Shown in pieces: positions 25,313 to 34,929 of a stretch of DNA of 64,000 bases (positions are counted from its first letter, which is position 1; each line of letters opens with the position of its first letter). Source of the stretch: an uncultured virus (IMG/VR IMGVR_UViG_3300048839_001435) (lineage: Duplodnaviria > Heunggongvirae > Uroviricota > Caudoviricetes); the IMG/VR virus record IMGVR_UViG_3300048839_001435. The stretch is one strand, 5' to 3'. The translations under genes and the position numbers were made by a program. Under the pieces are notes generated by a model. The model ran no database searches. It worked only from the letters and a program-made list of their open reading frames with translations, and was not told the DNA's origin.

Positions 25313-25651
25313 ATGCCGACGGACATCCAAGGCGAGCGGGTCATCGTCGTGGTCTTCGCGATGCCGGACTGCCCAGCCTGCGAGGAGTACCTGCCGCGCT
25401 TCTTGGCGCGCGCTGAGGCGTACCGCAAGGCGGGCGTGCCGGTGTTCGTCTACGACGTCTCCAGCGAGGATCCCAAGCTGAACGCCTTCGCGGATCGCTA
25501 CAAGATCCGCGCGACGCCGACGACGCTGGTTCTTCCTCGTGGCGCCGGCATGCTGCGCGCCGAGGGCGCGTTGCCCGACGCATCGATCGAAGTCCTGCTC
25601 CGCAAGGCGTACGGGATCCATCTGGGCACGTACGCGCTGACGCAAGACTAG
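25313..25651 (+). CDS. Thioredoxin-family protein
   Basis: VVVF.MPDCPAC; Y.I.ATPT cis-Pro; EG at the end. Confidence 0.88.
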   Translation: MPTDIQGERVIVVVFAMPDCPACEEYLPRFLARAEAYRKAGVPVFVYDVSSEDPKLNAFADRYKIRATPTTLVLPRGAGMLRAEGALPDASIEVLLRKAYGIHLGTYALTQD

Positions 25652-26338
25652 CTCAGCCAACCGACGCCGCGCCGCGCGCCGTCTTTGCGGGAAGACACTC
25701 CGAGAGTGGTGCGCCGCGTTCCCTGCCAGCCTACCCAGCGGCTGCGCCCCCAGATCGTCGACACCAGCTGCGGCATATTGGATCTCGATCGAGATCGCGA
25801 CAGATACTCTGTGCGACTACGACTAGACGACGACGTTGGCCGCGGCCGGCGAAGTACCCGTAGAGCCATCAGCGTGTTCACTGAAGGCTCTCCAGTGCCG
25901 TCCTGCGCAGAGGTTGCCACCATTTGCGGATGGAGTAGGCCGACTGGCCAAGACGTCTCCAGTTCTCGACGCCGTCGCAGCGAGACGCCCCCCGGTGGCG
26001 GAGCGCGCGAGAGATCGACTCGGTCACGCGGGTGAGGTTACGGGACCCACTGATCGTGCGCCGTGGATGGGCAAAGATCCTGTATGACAGTTGGACCGGA
26101 ATCATCGGCTACGCCAAGATGGTGACCGCCGTGATCGCCACGAAGTCGCCGACAGCTTCACGCCGTCCGGTCGAGAAAGAAGTGTAGTACACCGGGAACC
26201 GGCCGTTTGTGCGCGACACCGACCCGTGCTCTCCGCGGTTTACCCGCGACGCCGTCGACGACCTCGACGTTTTGTGGGGCCAGTCGTGGCGCTGCCGGCA
26301 GGCATCCGAGAGCAAGTGCGCTTTCGTCAGGACGAAGC

Positions 26339-27049
26339 CTAGTTGCGCAGTGCACACGCTTCTCTAGGCACATACGCCGTCTTGTTGCACCGCGGGCACG
26401 TAGAACCCCACGGCGCCGGCAGCACCCGCGTGAGCGGGTCGGGTCCGCGTGCCAACTGCTCGTACGTGACGCCTCGAACCTCCTCTCGCCACGCGGTCAT
26501 CCTGGGCTGCCAGTCAGCAGCCCGCACGATGGTGCCCTCGAACCGCCACACCCCTCGGGCGCGAAGCTCCCCGACGAAGTGGCTCATGCGGTCCAGATGA
26601 CGGGAGAGCCCCATCAACTCACCGTACGTGGCTGATGCCAGGCCCGTCAGTTTGGTCAGCTTGGCGACGTCGCGCTGAGCTGCGGCCTGACGAAGTTGTC
26701 CGCTGCTGCACAGCGCCTGCAGCGTCGTGTTGCGTCCTACGATCGTCCCCGCACGCCAGCTGACGCGCATCGTGAACGGCTCGCCGTCTTCGACGCCCAA
26801 CCAGATCAAGTCGTCGAACGTCTTGATCTCCCACACGCCGACGCAGTTGACCTCGGCCTGCACCGGCTGCGGCCAAGCGCGTGCTTCGATGGCCTTGAGC
26901 GTACGGTAGAACTTGTGCGGCGCTTCGCGCGGCATGATCGAGATCTTCGTCGGATGTCCCACGCGGCGAAACGCGAGGTTCGCGACCCGTTGACGTAGGA
27001 GGTCCGACGTCTGGCGCAGACTCCCCGGAGTGTTGACCGCGGCCGGCAT
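26339..27049 (-). CDS. Hypothetical protein with C-terminal CxxC
   Basis: ORF track. Confidence 0.6.
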   Translation of the reverse strand: MPAAVNTPGSLRQTSDLLRQRVANLAFRRVGHPTKISIMPREAPHKFYRTLKAIEARAWPQPVQAEVNCVGVWEIKTFDDLIWLGVEDGEPFTMRVSWRAGTIVGRNTTLQALCSSGQLRQAAAQRDVAKLTKLTGLASATYGELMGLSRHLDRMSHFVGELRARGVWRFEGTIVRAADWQPRMTAWREEVRGVTYEQLARGPDPLTRVLPAPWGSTCPRCNKTAYVPREACALRN

Positions 27050-27080
27050 GCCCCGGATGTACTACAACGTATATGTTACG

Positions 27081-27320
27081 TCAAGTCACCCGCGTGAAGC
27101 GGTCCACGCGGCCTTCAGGCGTGTCGACCTTGGAGAAGAACATCGCCATGGGGCGAGCCCACGTCGCGCCGTCCTTCAGCGCCTGGTAGACCACGAAGTG
27201 CTGGTGCGTTTCGGTGTGCTGCGCGATCGCCAGGATGAAGTACAGCGCGCCCTTGTAGTGGCGCATGACGCAAGGCACGGGCAGCCCCAGGGGGCGCCCC
27301 ATCGGCGGATCGACAGCCAT
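27081..27320 (-). CDS. DUF1653-family protein
   Basis: RHYKG..Y..LAIAQHTET...VVYQAL....WARP..MF. Confidence 0.85.
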   Translation of the reverse strand: MAVDPPMGRPLGLPVPCVMRHYKGALYFILAIAQHTETHQHFVVYQALKDGATWARPMAMFFSKVDTPEGRVDRFTRVT

Positions 27321-27351
27321 GCCCCAGCCTACCCGGAGGCTGTGACAGCCT

Positions 27352-27633
27352 CTAGCCTCGACGGCGGCGGCGGGGCTTGCGGAGCGCGTACCCGGACCCG
27401 CGAGGGTTCGTCGCGGCGCCGGCGGACAGCTTCGAGAAGCTGATCGCCGCGTGCGCAGCGTCGTGCATCGCACGTGCGGAGTCGACGGCGTACTTCAGGC
27501 GCTTCGGCTCGCCCACCTTGACGGTCTCGCAGCGCCGCTCGACGCGGTCGCACACCCGCGCGGTGTAGAACCCGCGATCGTTGTACTTGACGGCGACCGA
27601 CAGGTCGCCAGACAGGAAGCGCTTGGCCGGCAT
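27352..27633 (-). CDS. Small basic protein
   Basis: Ends ALRKPRRRRRG. Confidence 0.7.
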   Translation of the reverse strand: MPAKRFLSGDLSVAVKYNDRGFYTARVCDRVERRCETVKVGEPKRLKYAVDSARAMHDAAHAAISFSKLSAGAATNPRGSGYALRKPRRRRRG

Positions 27634-27637
27634 GACT

Positions 27638-28066
27638 CTACTCTACAGTGATTTCGCGGATGCTGTCGATGCGCCAGAACGTGCCGATCGTCTTGGCGAC
27701 GGCTTCGAGGTAGCGCTTCGACGGCTGGTTGAAGTCGGGCGAGTTCGAGAAGTACGCCCAGGCCGAGACCTCCTGGCCGTCCCCGACGACGACCGGGATC
27801 TTCTTGCGGCTGTAGTTGCCGCGGGCGACGCCCTCGAACTGGTCCATGTGTTCGAGCTGCGCCTTCGTGATCGTCGCGACGTAGCCGTACGCGGGGCGGC
27901 CCTTGCCAGCCTTGAGGCTGGCGACGCCGCCTTCCCAGTTGCGTGACCAGCCGCGGAACACGCGCTTGTGTCCCGGCGCGTACGCAGCCGCGACGCATCG
28001 TGGTTGGCCGATGCGGGAGGCGAGCTGCTCGGGGTGGTTCGAGCCGAAGCAGAACAGCAGTTCCAT
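27638..28066 (-). CDS. Gamma-glutamylcyclotransferase (AIG2-like)
   Basis: LFCFGSN, MDQFEG....Y.R, AWAY, PS..YL motifs. Confidence 0.85.
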   Translation of the reverse strand: MELLFCFGSNHPEQLASRIGQPRCVAAAYAPGHKRVFRGWSRNWEGGVASLKAGKGRPAYGYVATITKAQLEHMDQFEGVARGNYSRKKIPVVVGDGQEVSAWAYFSNSPDFNQPSKRYLEAVAKTIGTFWRIDSIREITVE

Positions 28067-28075
28067 CGATGTCTC

Positions 28076-28318
28076 TCAGCGCTTGACGTCTGGGCGGACG
28101 TCGCAGCGCGCAGCCTTCACGCTGCCGTCCGCCCACTTCTTGCGTCGCGGGCCGCGCCTCTGACGGGTCACGCCGACGCACTTGGCGACCAGCTCTCCAC
28201 GGTCGTTGTAGACCGCGGCGTGGCCGGACGTCTTGGCCGCGCGCGTCGCTGCCTTGAGCGCTTGCAGCCGGTCGCTGAAGCGCCCTGACGTCGTCGGCGT
28301 GACCAGCGTGAACGCCAA
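28076..28318 (-). CDS. Small basic protein
   Basis: Coupled ORF. Confidence 0.6.
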   Translation of the reverse strand: MAFTLVTPTTSGRFSDRLQALKAATRAAKTSGHAAVYNDRGELVAKCVGVTRQRRGPRRKKWADGSVKAARCDVRPDVKR

Positions 28319-28320
28319 GG

Positions 28321-29292
28321 CTACTCGGCTCCGCCGGCCGCGCCGGCGCGCTTGGCCAAGTAGATGCCGCCGCCGACGATGGCGAGGACACCGACCGCGA
28401 TCAGCGCCAGCTTGACCTTGGACTTCGGCGCTGGGCCCGGCACCTCGGGCAGCAGCGTCTGTTCCTCCGTGGGCGGCGTCGTAGTCACGGTGGTGTCGGC
28501 GCTCGCGCCGCCACCGCTGCTGCCGCCACCACCGCCGCTACCGCCACCGCCACCGCCTCCGCCGCCTCCACCGCCGCTACCCGTGTCGGCCGTCCGCGCC
28601 GTGGAGAGCCAGATCTCGTCACGCACCAGCGCCGAGCGCACCAGACGCAACTGATCGAGCTTGGTGAGCCACTGCGCGTAGCCGCGGTTGAGCCAGATGT
28701 TGGTCATGTCGGCTTCGATCAGGGCCAGCGCCTGACGACGCTCGCCGACGATCTTCGCCAGCTTCTCCCGGTCCGCACCCGTCGTCGTCTGGCACGCCTT
28801 GACGCGGCCCTCGATGTCCGCCAGCGCCCTGACGCGCGCGGCGAGGTCCATGAACGTCTGCGCGCGCGACTTGACGACGTCGGGGCCCTGCGAGACCAAA
28901 CGCTCGGCCGTGCCGAAGCGGCTCTTGACGTCGTTGTAGATCGTCGTGTGCTGCGCCACGAGCGCGGCGCACGGCGAGATCGTCGTCTGCGGCGCCGAGG
29001 TCGCGTCAGGTTGCAGCGTCCGCCGCGACGTGTCTTCGACGCCGCCCGCCGGGACCTTCGCCTCCGGCTGAAGGTTCGCGACGTCGAAGATCGTCTTGAC
29101 GGTCGTCGGCGTCGACGTCGTCGAGGTGCCTCCGCGCGTGACGATGCCGTCCGCGAGCGGCCGGCCGGCCGCAGCCGCCATCGCTTCGACGGCGCCTGCC
29201 GGCGCCTGACCGCCGAACGGCGTGAACGCCGAGAAGAGCTGCTGCTGAGCCTGCGCCAGCATGAGGTCGGCCAGAGAAGGGTTGTCAGCCAT
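28321..29292 (-). CDS. C-terminally anchored membrane protein with poly-Gly linker
   Basis: Helical body, Gly-rich run, TM LALIAVGVLAIVGGGIYL-AKR. Confidence 0.75.
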   Translation of the reverse strand: MADNPSLADLMLAQAQQQLFSAFTPFGGQAPAGAVEAMAAAAGRPLADGIVTRGGTSTTSTPTTVKTIFDVANLQPEAKVPAGGVEDTSRRTLQPDATSAPQTTISPCAALVAQHTTIYNDVKSRFGTAERLVSQGPDVVKSRAQTFMDLAARVRALADIEGRVKACQTTTGADREKLAKIVGERRQALALIEADMTNIWLNRGYAQWLTKLDQLRLVRSALVRDEIWLSTARTADTGSGGGGGGGGGGGGSGGGGGSSGGGASADTTVTTTPPTEEQTLLPEVPGPAPKSKVKLALIAVGVLAIVGGGIYLAKRAGAAGGAE

Positions 29293-29295
29293 GGT

Positions 29296-29998
29296 TCATC
29301 TTCCGTTGGTGGCGGGGCGCAGCCGCAGGACAGCGTTGCTGCCGGATTCGCGGCGGGCGCGATCCGCGGTCTGCTTCAGTTCTTCGGTGTGCCTGACGAC
29401 GGAGGGATCGTCCCAGCTCTCGTCCTCCCAGGCGAACTCGCCGCTCTCGACGCTGTCGATCAAGTCGTCGATCGACCGCGTCAGGACTTCGGCGCGCCGC
29501 GCGAGCTGCTTGGTGCGCGCTTCACAGGCCGCGAGCTTGGCCTCGATGTCGGGGGGCAGCGCCATCCTTACACCATCCTCACGTTCCATGCCCAGACCGG
29601 CGAAGGGCGTCGATCATCGCCGCCATTCGGTCGAAGACTTCGACGTTGCGGTCGCTGTACGACGCCGTGAGCGCCACGAACCGCTCCGTCAGCTCCTTGA
29701 ACTCGGCGCGGTGCGCAGCGTGGAGCGCCTCCACGCGCGAGGCGAAGTCCAACGCCTGCGCGGCTAGCGCCTTGGCGTGCGCGTCGTCGCGCGTCTGCAG
29801 CTCGGCAGCGTGCGCACGCAGCGCCGTTGCATGCGTCTGCATGATCGTCGCCATCGCCTTGTCGTGCTCGTCCCGCGTGGCGTGGTGCGCGCGGTCCTTC
29901 TTGACCGCGTTCCAATGCGCCATGCCCGCCCAGACCCCCAATGGGCCCCAGCCGACGAGCAGCTTGATCCAGGTTGGCCATTCGACGGGGTCCATCAC
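29296..29998 (-). other. Two small ORFs: 29579-29998 (N-terminal TM plus coiled coil, holin-like) and 29296-about 29565
   Basis: ORF track; hydrophobic N-terminus. Confidence 0.6.
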
Positions 29999-30065
29999 AC
30001 CTGCGTAGCGCCCGAGGTACTACGGCGGGCGCGCCGGCGTCAGAGGTTCAAGACCCTGCGAGCGC

Positions 30066-30416
30066 TCAGCGCTTGCAGGGACGGAACATGCCCTTGGTGA
30101 CCTTCTTGCCGCGCTTGGTCTTGCCGCAGCTGGCCTGGTTGCACCGGCACACCGAGTGTCCGCGCATCTTCGTCCAGCGGCGCTTCGCGCCGGTCGAGAG
30201 GTGCCGGTTCGCGCAGCGCTGAACCGCCTTGAGCCCGCCACCCTTCTTGGTGAAGAAGACCAGCGTGCACTTCGGGCTGGTGGTCAGCGACTGCGAGATC
30301 TTCTCGACGGCGCGCCGCACGGCCACGTTGTGGGGCGACTTGATCCGCTTGGGCAGGTAGGCACGGTACGCGTACTTCTTGCCCGCGCGGGGGACGACGA
30401 TCATGACATTGGGCAT
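30066..30416 (-). CDS. Small basic Cys-rich protein
   Basis: RBS AAGGA, ATG at 30416; Lys/Arg-rich with several Cys. Confidence 0.75.
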   Translation of the reverse strand: MPNVMIVVPRAGKKYAYRAYLPKRIKSPHNVAVRRAVEKISQSLTTSPKCTLVFFTKKGGGLKAVQRCANRHLSTGAKRRWTKMRGHSVCRCNQASCGKTKRGKKVTKGMFRPCKR

Positions 30417-30495
30417 GGAGATGGTCCTTGTCTCAGCGCTTGACGGGGGGCCGCTTGATGGGCCGAGTGCAGCAGCCGGGCTTCGACATGGCACG

Positions 30496-30523
30496 ACCGT
30501 ACCACAGGATCGCAGCTGCGATC
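30496..30523 (-). promoter_or_regulatory. Perfect GATC box (GATCGCAGCTGCGATC, 30508-30523) plus -10 TACGGT on the minus strand
   Basis: Heads the leftward operon 30416 to 27352. Confidence 0.75.
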
Positions 30524-30669
30524 AAAGGTCTACGCGGACTACGCGCGTTTTGGTGTTGCCATTCTTTGACGGCGCCCCACAGTGCGGCGTACAAAACGCG
30601 GACATCGTAACCGCCCGCGCGGCACCTCCCGAGGCTGCGCGACCTTCGCCAAACTTCCGGCGTTCCAGC

Positions 30670-30697
30670 TTGAAGTTTGTATATACAACGGTACGAT
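30670..30697 (+). promoter_or_regulatory. Sigma70-like promoter with operator palindrome TTGTATATACAA
   Basis: TTGAAG-16 nt-TACGAT; perfect 12-bp palindrome at 30677-30688. Confidence 0.65.
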
Positions 30698-30722
30698 GGC
30701 CATCAGGAGTCATACAGCAATC

Positions 30723-31250
30723 ATGCCCAGGCCCAAGAAGAACAAGACCCCCGCCAAGACCGCCGGCCGTCGGGGCCGCAAGCCCAACAGCAACGGCGCC
30801 GCCGTGCTGGTGTCCATCCGGCTGCCGGTCGCCATCAGAGACGTCGTCGCCACGTACGCCGAGAAGTCGGAGACGTCGGTGTCCCACGTCATCGTCGAGA
30901 CGCTCCAACGCGGCCTGGGGACGATGGACGTCTACAAGGAGATCGCCGCGCTCAAGAAGCACGTGGCCGCGCTCGAAGCGCGCCCGCAGCAGCTGGCGCT
31001 GTCCTTCGGCGACGCCGCCGTCCAGCAGCTCGCCAGCGCGGTCTCGGTCAGCTACCCGATGACGGGCAGCGGCCTGCTGGACCCGATCGTCCTACCGACC
31101 GACGCCGCCACCGCGGCGTCGGAGGTATCGGACCAAGTCGACGACCTCGATGCCCTGCCGGCGGAAGCCGAGGAACAGGCCGACCCCGAGACCTACGCCC
31201 AGCAGGAGCCCCCCAACGGGCAAGCTCCGTGGGCAGACGTCCAAGCCTGA
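30723..31250 (+). CDS. Ribbon-helix-helix DNA-binding protein
   Basis: RBS AGGAG; VLVSIRLP...RD.V..YA.....SVS.VI...L...L. Confidence 0.75.
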   Translation: MPRPKKNKTPAKTAGRRGRKPNSNGAAVLVSIRLPVAIRDVVATYAEKSETSVSHVIVETLQRGLGTMDVYKEIAALKKHVAALEARPQQLALSFGDAAVQQLASAVSVSYPMTGSGLLDPIVLPTDAATAASEVSDQVDDLDALPAEAEEQADPETYAQQEPPNGQAPWADVQA

Positions 31251-31973
31251 GCCGGCCCAGTCCGGCCTCGGGCCCGTGACGGCGTCCTTGGCGTCGGCCA
31301 CCCACCCTCTGCCGTAGAGCGCGGCCGTCACGGCCGGCACGTTCTCCCGCACCAGGAACGTGTGGAAGTGGTCGACGCCGGGTAGCAGCCCGACCCAGTA
31401 GTGGCGCTTGGCGGCCAGCCGGTCGACGAACGCCTTCGGGTCCTTGCCGTCGCGGATCAGGTACTCCAAGCCCCACTGCGTCGTGGCGCCCTTGGCGAAG
31501 TTGTCGCTCTTGCCGCTGAGCACCAGCTCGGCGGCGGCGAGCGTCCTGGCCGTCGGGTCCCGACTCGTCGACGCCCAGCGGCCGTAGGGCGCCGAGGTCG
31601 TGCCGCTGCTGCCGTGGATCGGGCCGTAGTACCCCCGGTTGGAGCTGTTGGCCGTGTAGATCAACAGATCGTTGACGGTCTGCTTGCGCTGCCGCGCCTT
31701 GTTGTAGGCGGCCTCGGCGACGGCGACCAGCTCCTCCGGGCTGCCGCTGCCGACCTCGCTGGCGAGGTAGCGGCCGAGCGTGTAGACCGCCAACGGCAGT
31801 GGCTTGCCGGCCGGCCACAAGCCGGCGCGCTGCGCCTTGCCCTCGGCCGCCGCGCGTAGTGCCTCGGGAGATGCCGGCACGTTGCCGGCGCTGTTGACGC
31901 TGTACCCCGACGCGATGGGCGTCTTGGGAAAGCTCAGCAGCTCGTTGTGCCACCAAGGGTAACAGAGGGCCAT
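31092..31973 (-). CDS. Cell-wall hydrolase (SleB/Hydrolase_2-like) with C-terminal TM; overlaps the 3' end of the RHH gene
   Basis: LGRYLASEVG...E.VAVA....N; N..KGAT motif; C-terminal hydrophobic helix. Confidence 0.65.
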   Translation of the reverse strand: MALCYPWWHNELLSFPKTPIASGYSVNSAGNVPASPEALRAAAEGKAQRAGLWPAGKPLPLAVYTLGRYLASEVGSGSPEELVAVAEAAYNKARQRKQTVNDLLIYTANSSNRGYYGPIHGSSGTTSAPYGRWASTSRDPTARTLAAAELVLSGKSDNFAKGATTQWGLEYLIRDGKDPKAFVDRLAAKRHYWVGLLPGVDHFHTFLVRENVPAVTAALYGRGWVADAKDAVTGPRPDWAGSGLDVCPRSLPVGGLLLGVGLGVGLFLGFRRQGIEVVDLVRYLRRRGGGVGR

Positions 31974-32012
31974 GGCACGTGCAGTCTACTGGGTGAACGG
32001 CACACCCCGCTA

Positions 32013-32039
32013 GATCGCTGCTGCGATCAGTGATAGATC
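32013..32039 (+). promoter_or_regulatory. GATC box (GATCGCTGCTGCGATC) plus -10-like TAGATC
   Basis: Ends 6 nt before ATG 32046; divergent TAGACT at 31988-31983. Confidence 0.7.
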
Positions 32040-32045
32040 ATTGAC

Positions 32046-32669
32046 ATGGCTACTTGGTCGGAAACCTACTCCCAGTTCGCCTCGGGCGCGATCAAGCCCC
32101 AGTGGGCGTGTTCGGCTACTGCGTGTGCTGCGTGGAACCGTGCCACGAACAAGCCCGATCCGGCGACCAAGCAGCTCTTCGAGCAGCTGCAAGCCGCGAT
32201 CAACGCGGGCCTCAAGGCGGCGGGACACAGCACGATCAAGGTCGATGGCCTGCTCGGCGCTGGGACCGTCACCGCATACAACAAGGTGCTCGCGGCGTGG
32301 CCGGTGCTCAAGCTCGGCACCGGCATCGTCGGCGGCCTCGTCAGCGTCGCCTCGAAGGAGGCGCTCGCCGAGCGGTCGTTGCTGATCTACAGCTACCTGT
32401 CGTCGAAGGGCCCGTCGGTCTTCGTCACCAAGCCCGTGACGCCGCCGTCGCCGGGCGGCGGCAGCAGCAAGCCGCCCGCGGACGCGGTCGACGTCACCGT
32501 GCCGCCGCCGGCGCTGCCGGCGTCGCAGAAGATCAGCGTCTGGTTCGCGAAGAACAAGTGGCCGGTCATGGGCGCCTTCGGCGTCATCGCGATCGGCGCC
32601 TTCGTCCTCACGGACGACAAGAAGGCGGCCAAGAGCAAGGCGGTCACGCCTTTCGACGAGGAGCTGTGA
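32046..32669 (+). CDS. Peptidoglycan-binding-domain protein with Pro-rich linker and C-terminal TM
   Basis: LQAAIN....IKVDGLLGAGTVTAY; TM WPVMGAFGVIAIGAFVL. Confidence 0.75.
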   Translation: MATWSETYSQFASGAIKPQWACSATACAAWNRATNKPDPATKQLFEQLQAAINAGLKAAGHSTIKVDGLLGAGTVTAYNKVLAAWPVLKLGTGIVGGLVSVASKEALAERSLLIYSYLSSKGPSVFVTKPVTPPSPGGGSSKPPADAVDVTVPPPALPASQKISVWFAKNKWPVMGAFGVIAIGAFVLTDDKKAAKSKAVTPFDEEL

Positions 32670-33363
32670 TGCCGAAGCGGAAGAACAGGACCAAGAGCCA
32701 GATGATGGTTCGTGGCGCGATCCACTGGGCGCGGGAAGGCGCGTGTCAGCGCGCTGCACGCCTCTTCGACAAGGCGCTCGACGTCCGCAACGGCGGGCTC
32801 GACGCGACTCGTCGGCGTGAGTCGGCGACGATCATCGTCGGCAACTGCAAGCGCAAGGCGCCTGCCGTCGCCAAGAAGATCGCCCACTACGCCAAGTGAA
32901 CACCATGGCCACGTTCAAGCGCCATACGGTGTGTGGTGTTCCGGTGAGGCTGGGGCGGCCCAAGCGGCAGGTGCTCGCCGGCGGACTGGTCGCGCCGATC
33001 AGCAAGGCCGAGGCGAAGCGGCTGCTGCAAACGCTGTTCGGACGCACAACGCTGCCGCGCCCCGGACATCAGACTCGACTTTGCGGGGATCAGTGGCTCG
33101 ACAACACGTCGGGGCGCTTCGCCGTCGATCGCCGTCGCGACTCTTCCGGGTTCGAGGGCGTGAAGCCGCGCCGAAACGACGCTGAGTTTTTGCGCAGGCT
33201 GGATCGCGCAGGGCTACGGCGTGCCTTGACCGTCTTGCGGTACCAAGACGCACATCCCCGTGAGCCGAATCCGGCAGCAGCGCAGTACGATCGACTCGCC
33301 ACAACTGCGGGAGTTCGTGCCGAGTACCGGCGGCGCGGGTGGCGGCTGCCCGGAAAGCGGTAG
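32669..33363 (+). other. Two small basic ORFs (32669-32899, 32905-33363)
   Basis: Coupled, Arg/Lys-rich. Confidence 0.65.
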
Positions 33364-34094
33364 ACGTGTACCCGTGGGTCGACGCCGTTGTTCCAGTCGT
33401 CGCAGACCCTGAGCCAGACTACCGTCTCGCGGCGAAGGTCCGCGCCTACGTAGAGCAGGGGCGTCCCGACTACGCGCGCGCGGTCATCCGCGAGCGGGGA
33501 TGGTACTACCGTGTCCACGCGCCGCGTCTCGGCGAGCCGTTGTCTCAGATGTCCTGCGGGCGCGGCACCGGCCACTACGGCTCGGGGCTCTACTTCTTCG
33601 GGACGTTCGACGCTGCGCTTCAGACGGCGCAGGGGGTCCTCGAAGAAGTCTACCGCGTCGTCGGCGGCCCGAAGAATCCGTATCGTGTCGGAGCGGCCGA
33701 GGACGAGCCCACGGCCTGGGAAGCGTCGTGGAAGCTCCACAAGTTCGGCAAGGCGTTGTTGTGTCTGCCCGCGGCTGAAGAAGACCGGCTGGAGCTAACG
33801 CGGGAGATCCGCACTGCCGACGAGGACGACTACAGCGTCTACGACACGCGCGACGCGCTCCGCGATCTCGTCCGCGAGATCGGGCGCTTTCAGGCGACGC
33901 TGAAGTACGCCGGGCCGCGCCTAGATACGAACTTGCATCGAGCTGAAGCCGCCATCCAGCGGGCCGTCGTCGAGGGTCGTTACCACCCGATGACCTACTA
34001 CATGCGGTCTTTGGGCTACGACGGCATCATCCACACGAGCTGGCGACAGTTCACGACCGGAGGCATCGGCAACATCTGGTACCCTGAAGTCTAG
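33339..34094 (+). CDS. Putative ADP-ribosyltransferase-like (ART-PolyVal-like) protein
   Basis: GHYGSGLYFF, NPY, LGYDGII motifs. Confidence 0.55.
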   Translation: MAAARKAVDVYPWVDAVVPVVADPEPDYRLAAKVRAYVEQGRPDYARAVIRERGWYYRVHAPRLGEPLSQMSCGRGTGHYGSGLYFFGTFDAALQTAQGVLEEVYRVVGGPKNPYRVGAAEDEPTAWEASWKLHKFGKALLCLPAAEEDRLELTREIRTADEDDYSVYDTRDALRDLVREIGRFQATLKYAGPRLDTNLHRAEAAIQRAVVEGRYHPMTYYMRSLGYDGIIHTSWRQFTTGGIGNIWYPEV

Positions 34095-34097
34095 GCC

Positions 34098-34388
34098 ATG
34101 ACTCCTGTCGCCGAACTGCAACAGCTGCTGCGTCGACTGGCCGCCGATCAGGACCCCACCGGCAACTGGAAGCTGCGGATCGCCGTCACGGGTTCCGTCG
34201 ACGACGCTACGGTCGGGGCGACGCAGGTGTTGTTCTACCTCGCAGAGAAGCGCCGGCCGCTGCCGCCCGAGCTGGAGCCCCTGCTTCAGCCGGGCACGAT
34301 GGCGTTGTGGCGCCGGGTTCTGACCGCGCGCGCAGCAGAGGCGGCGGCCTATCTTCGCCGCAGCTTCCGCTGGGCCTTCTTGGCCTAG
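34098..34388 (+). CDS. Small protein with degenerate peptidoglycan-binding motif
   Basis: VAELQQLL...IAVTGSVDDAT. Confidence 0.55.
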   Translation: MTPVAELQQLLRRLAADQDPTGNWKLRIAVTGSVDDATVGATQVLFYLAEKRRPLPPELEPLLQPGTMALWRRVLTARAAEAAAYLRRSFRWAFLA

Positions 34389-34404
34389 CCCAAGATGACT
34401 AGAT

Positions 34405-34429
34405 GATCGCAGCAGCGATCTGGTAGGCT
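34405..34429 (+). promoter_or_regulatory. GATC box (GATCGCAGCAGCGATC) plus -10 TAGGCT
   Basis: -10 ends 6 nt before ATG 34436. Confidence 0.75.
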
Positions 34430-34435
34430 CGACTC

Positions 34436-34929
34436 ATGCTGACCGCGACGCGAAGCCCGTTTGCCGCCTACCGCTGTGAGAAGGGGTGCTGGTGGGAGGA
34501 GGGCGGCTGCTACTGCCCCAACATCGGCGTGCGGTCGCTGTCGGGCGGCGACAAGAAGCCCGCGCTCAAGCTGATCGCCGGGATGGCGATCCTGGGCGGC
34601 ATCTTCTGGGTCGTCAACAAGGTGCGCTGATGGCCTCCGCGCTCGACACCGCGCTGAACATCGTCAAGGACCCGGCGTTGCCGACGCTGGTGAACCGTCT
34701 GACGATCCTGCGAGAACTCGAAGTGGCGGATTCCGGGGCGCCGGCGCCGTCGGGCCCTCCGACGCCGTCGGGGTCGACCGCGCCGGGCATCGGCTTGCAC
34801 CGAGCTGTCAGCGCGCTGGACGCCTACATCTGGTTCCGGCGCAATCGCTGGGTCGTGCCCGTGGTCGTCGGCGGCCTGGTGCTGATTCCGGGCCTCATCG
34901 GCTTCTTCGTCGGCCGCGCCAGCCGCTAG
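34436..34929 (+). other. Two small C-terminal-TM proteins (34436-34630, 34630-34929)
   Basis: Hydrophobic helix plus basic end; first has a Cys cluster and LSGG. Confidence 0.7.

Noticed and set aside
28500..28580. GGC/CCG microsatellite (also near 1630-1655)
   Set aside because: Encodes poly-Gly linkers with synonymous variation; not a contingency repeat
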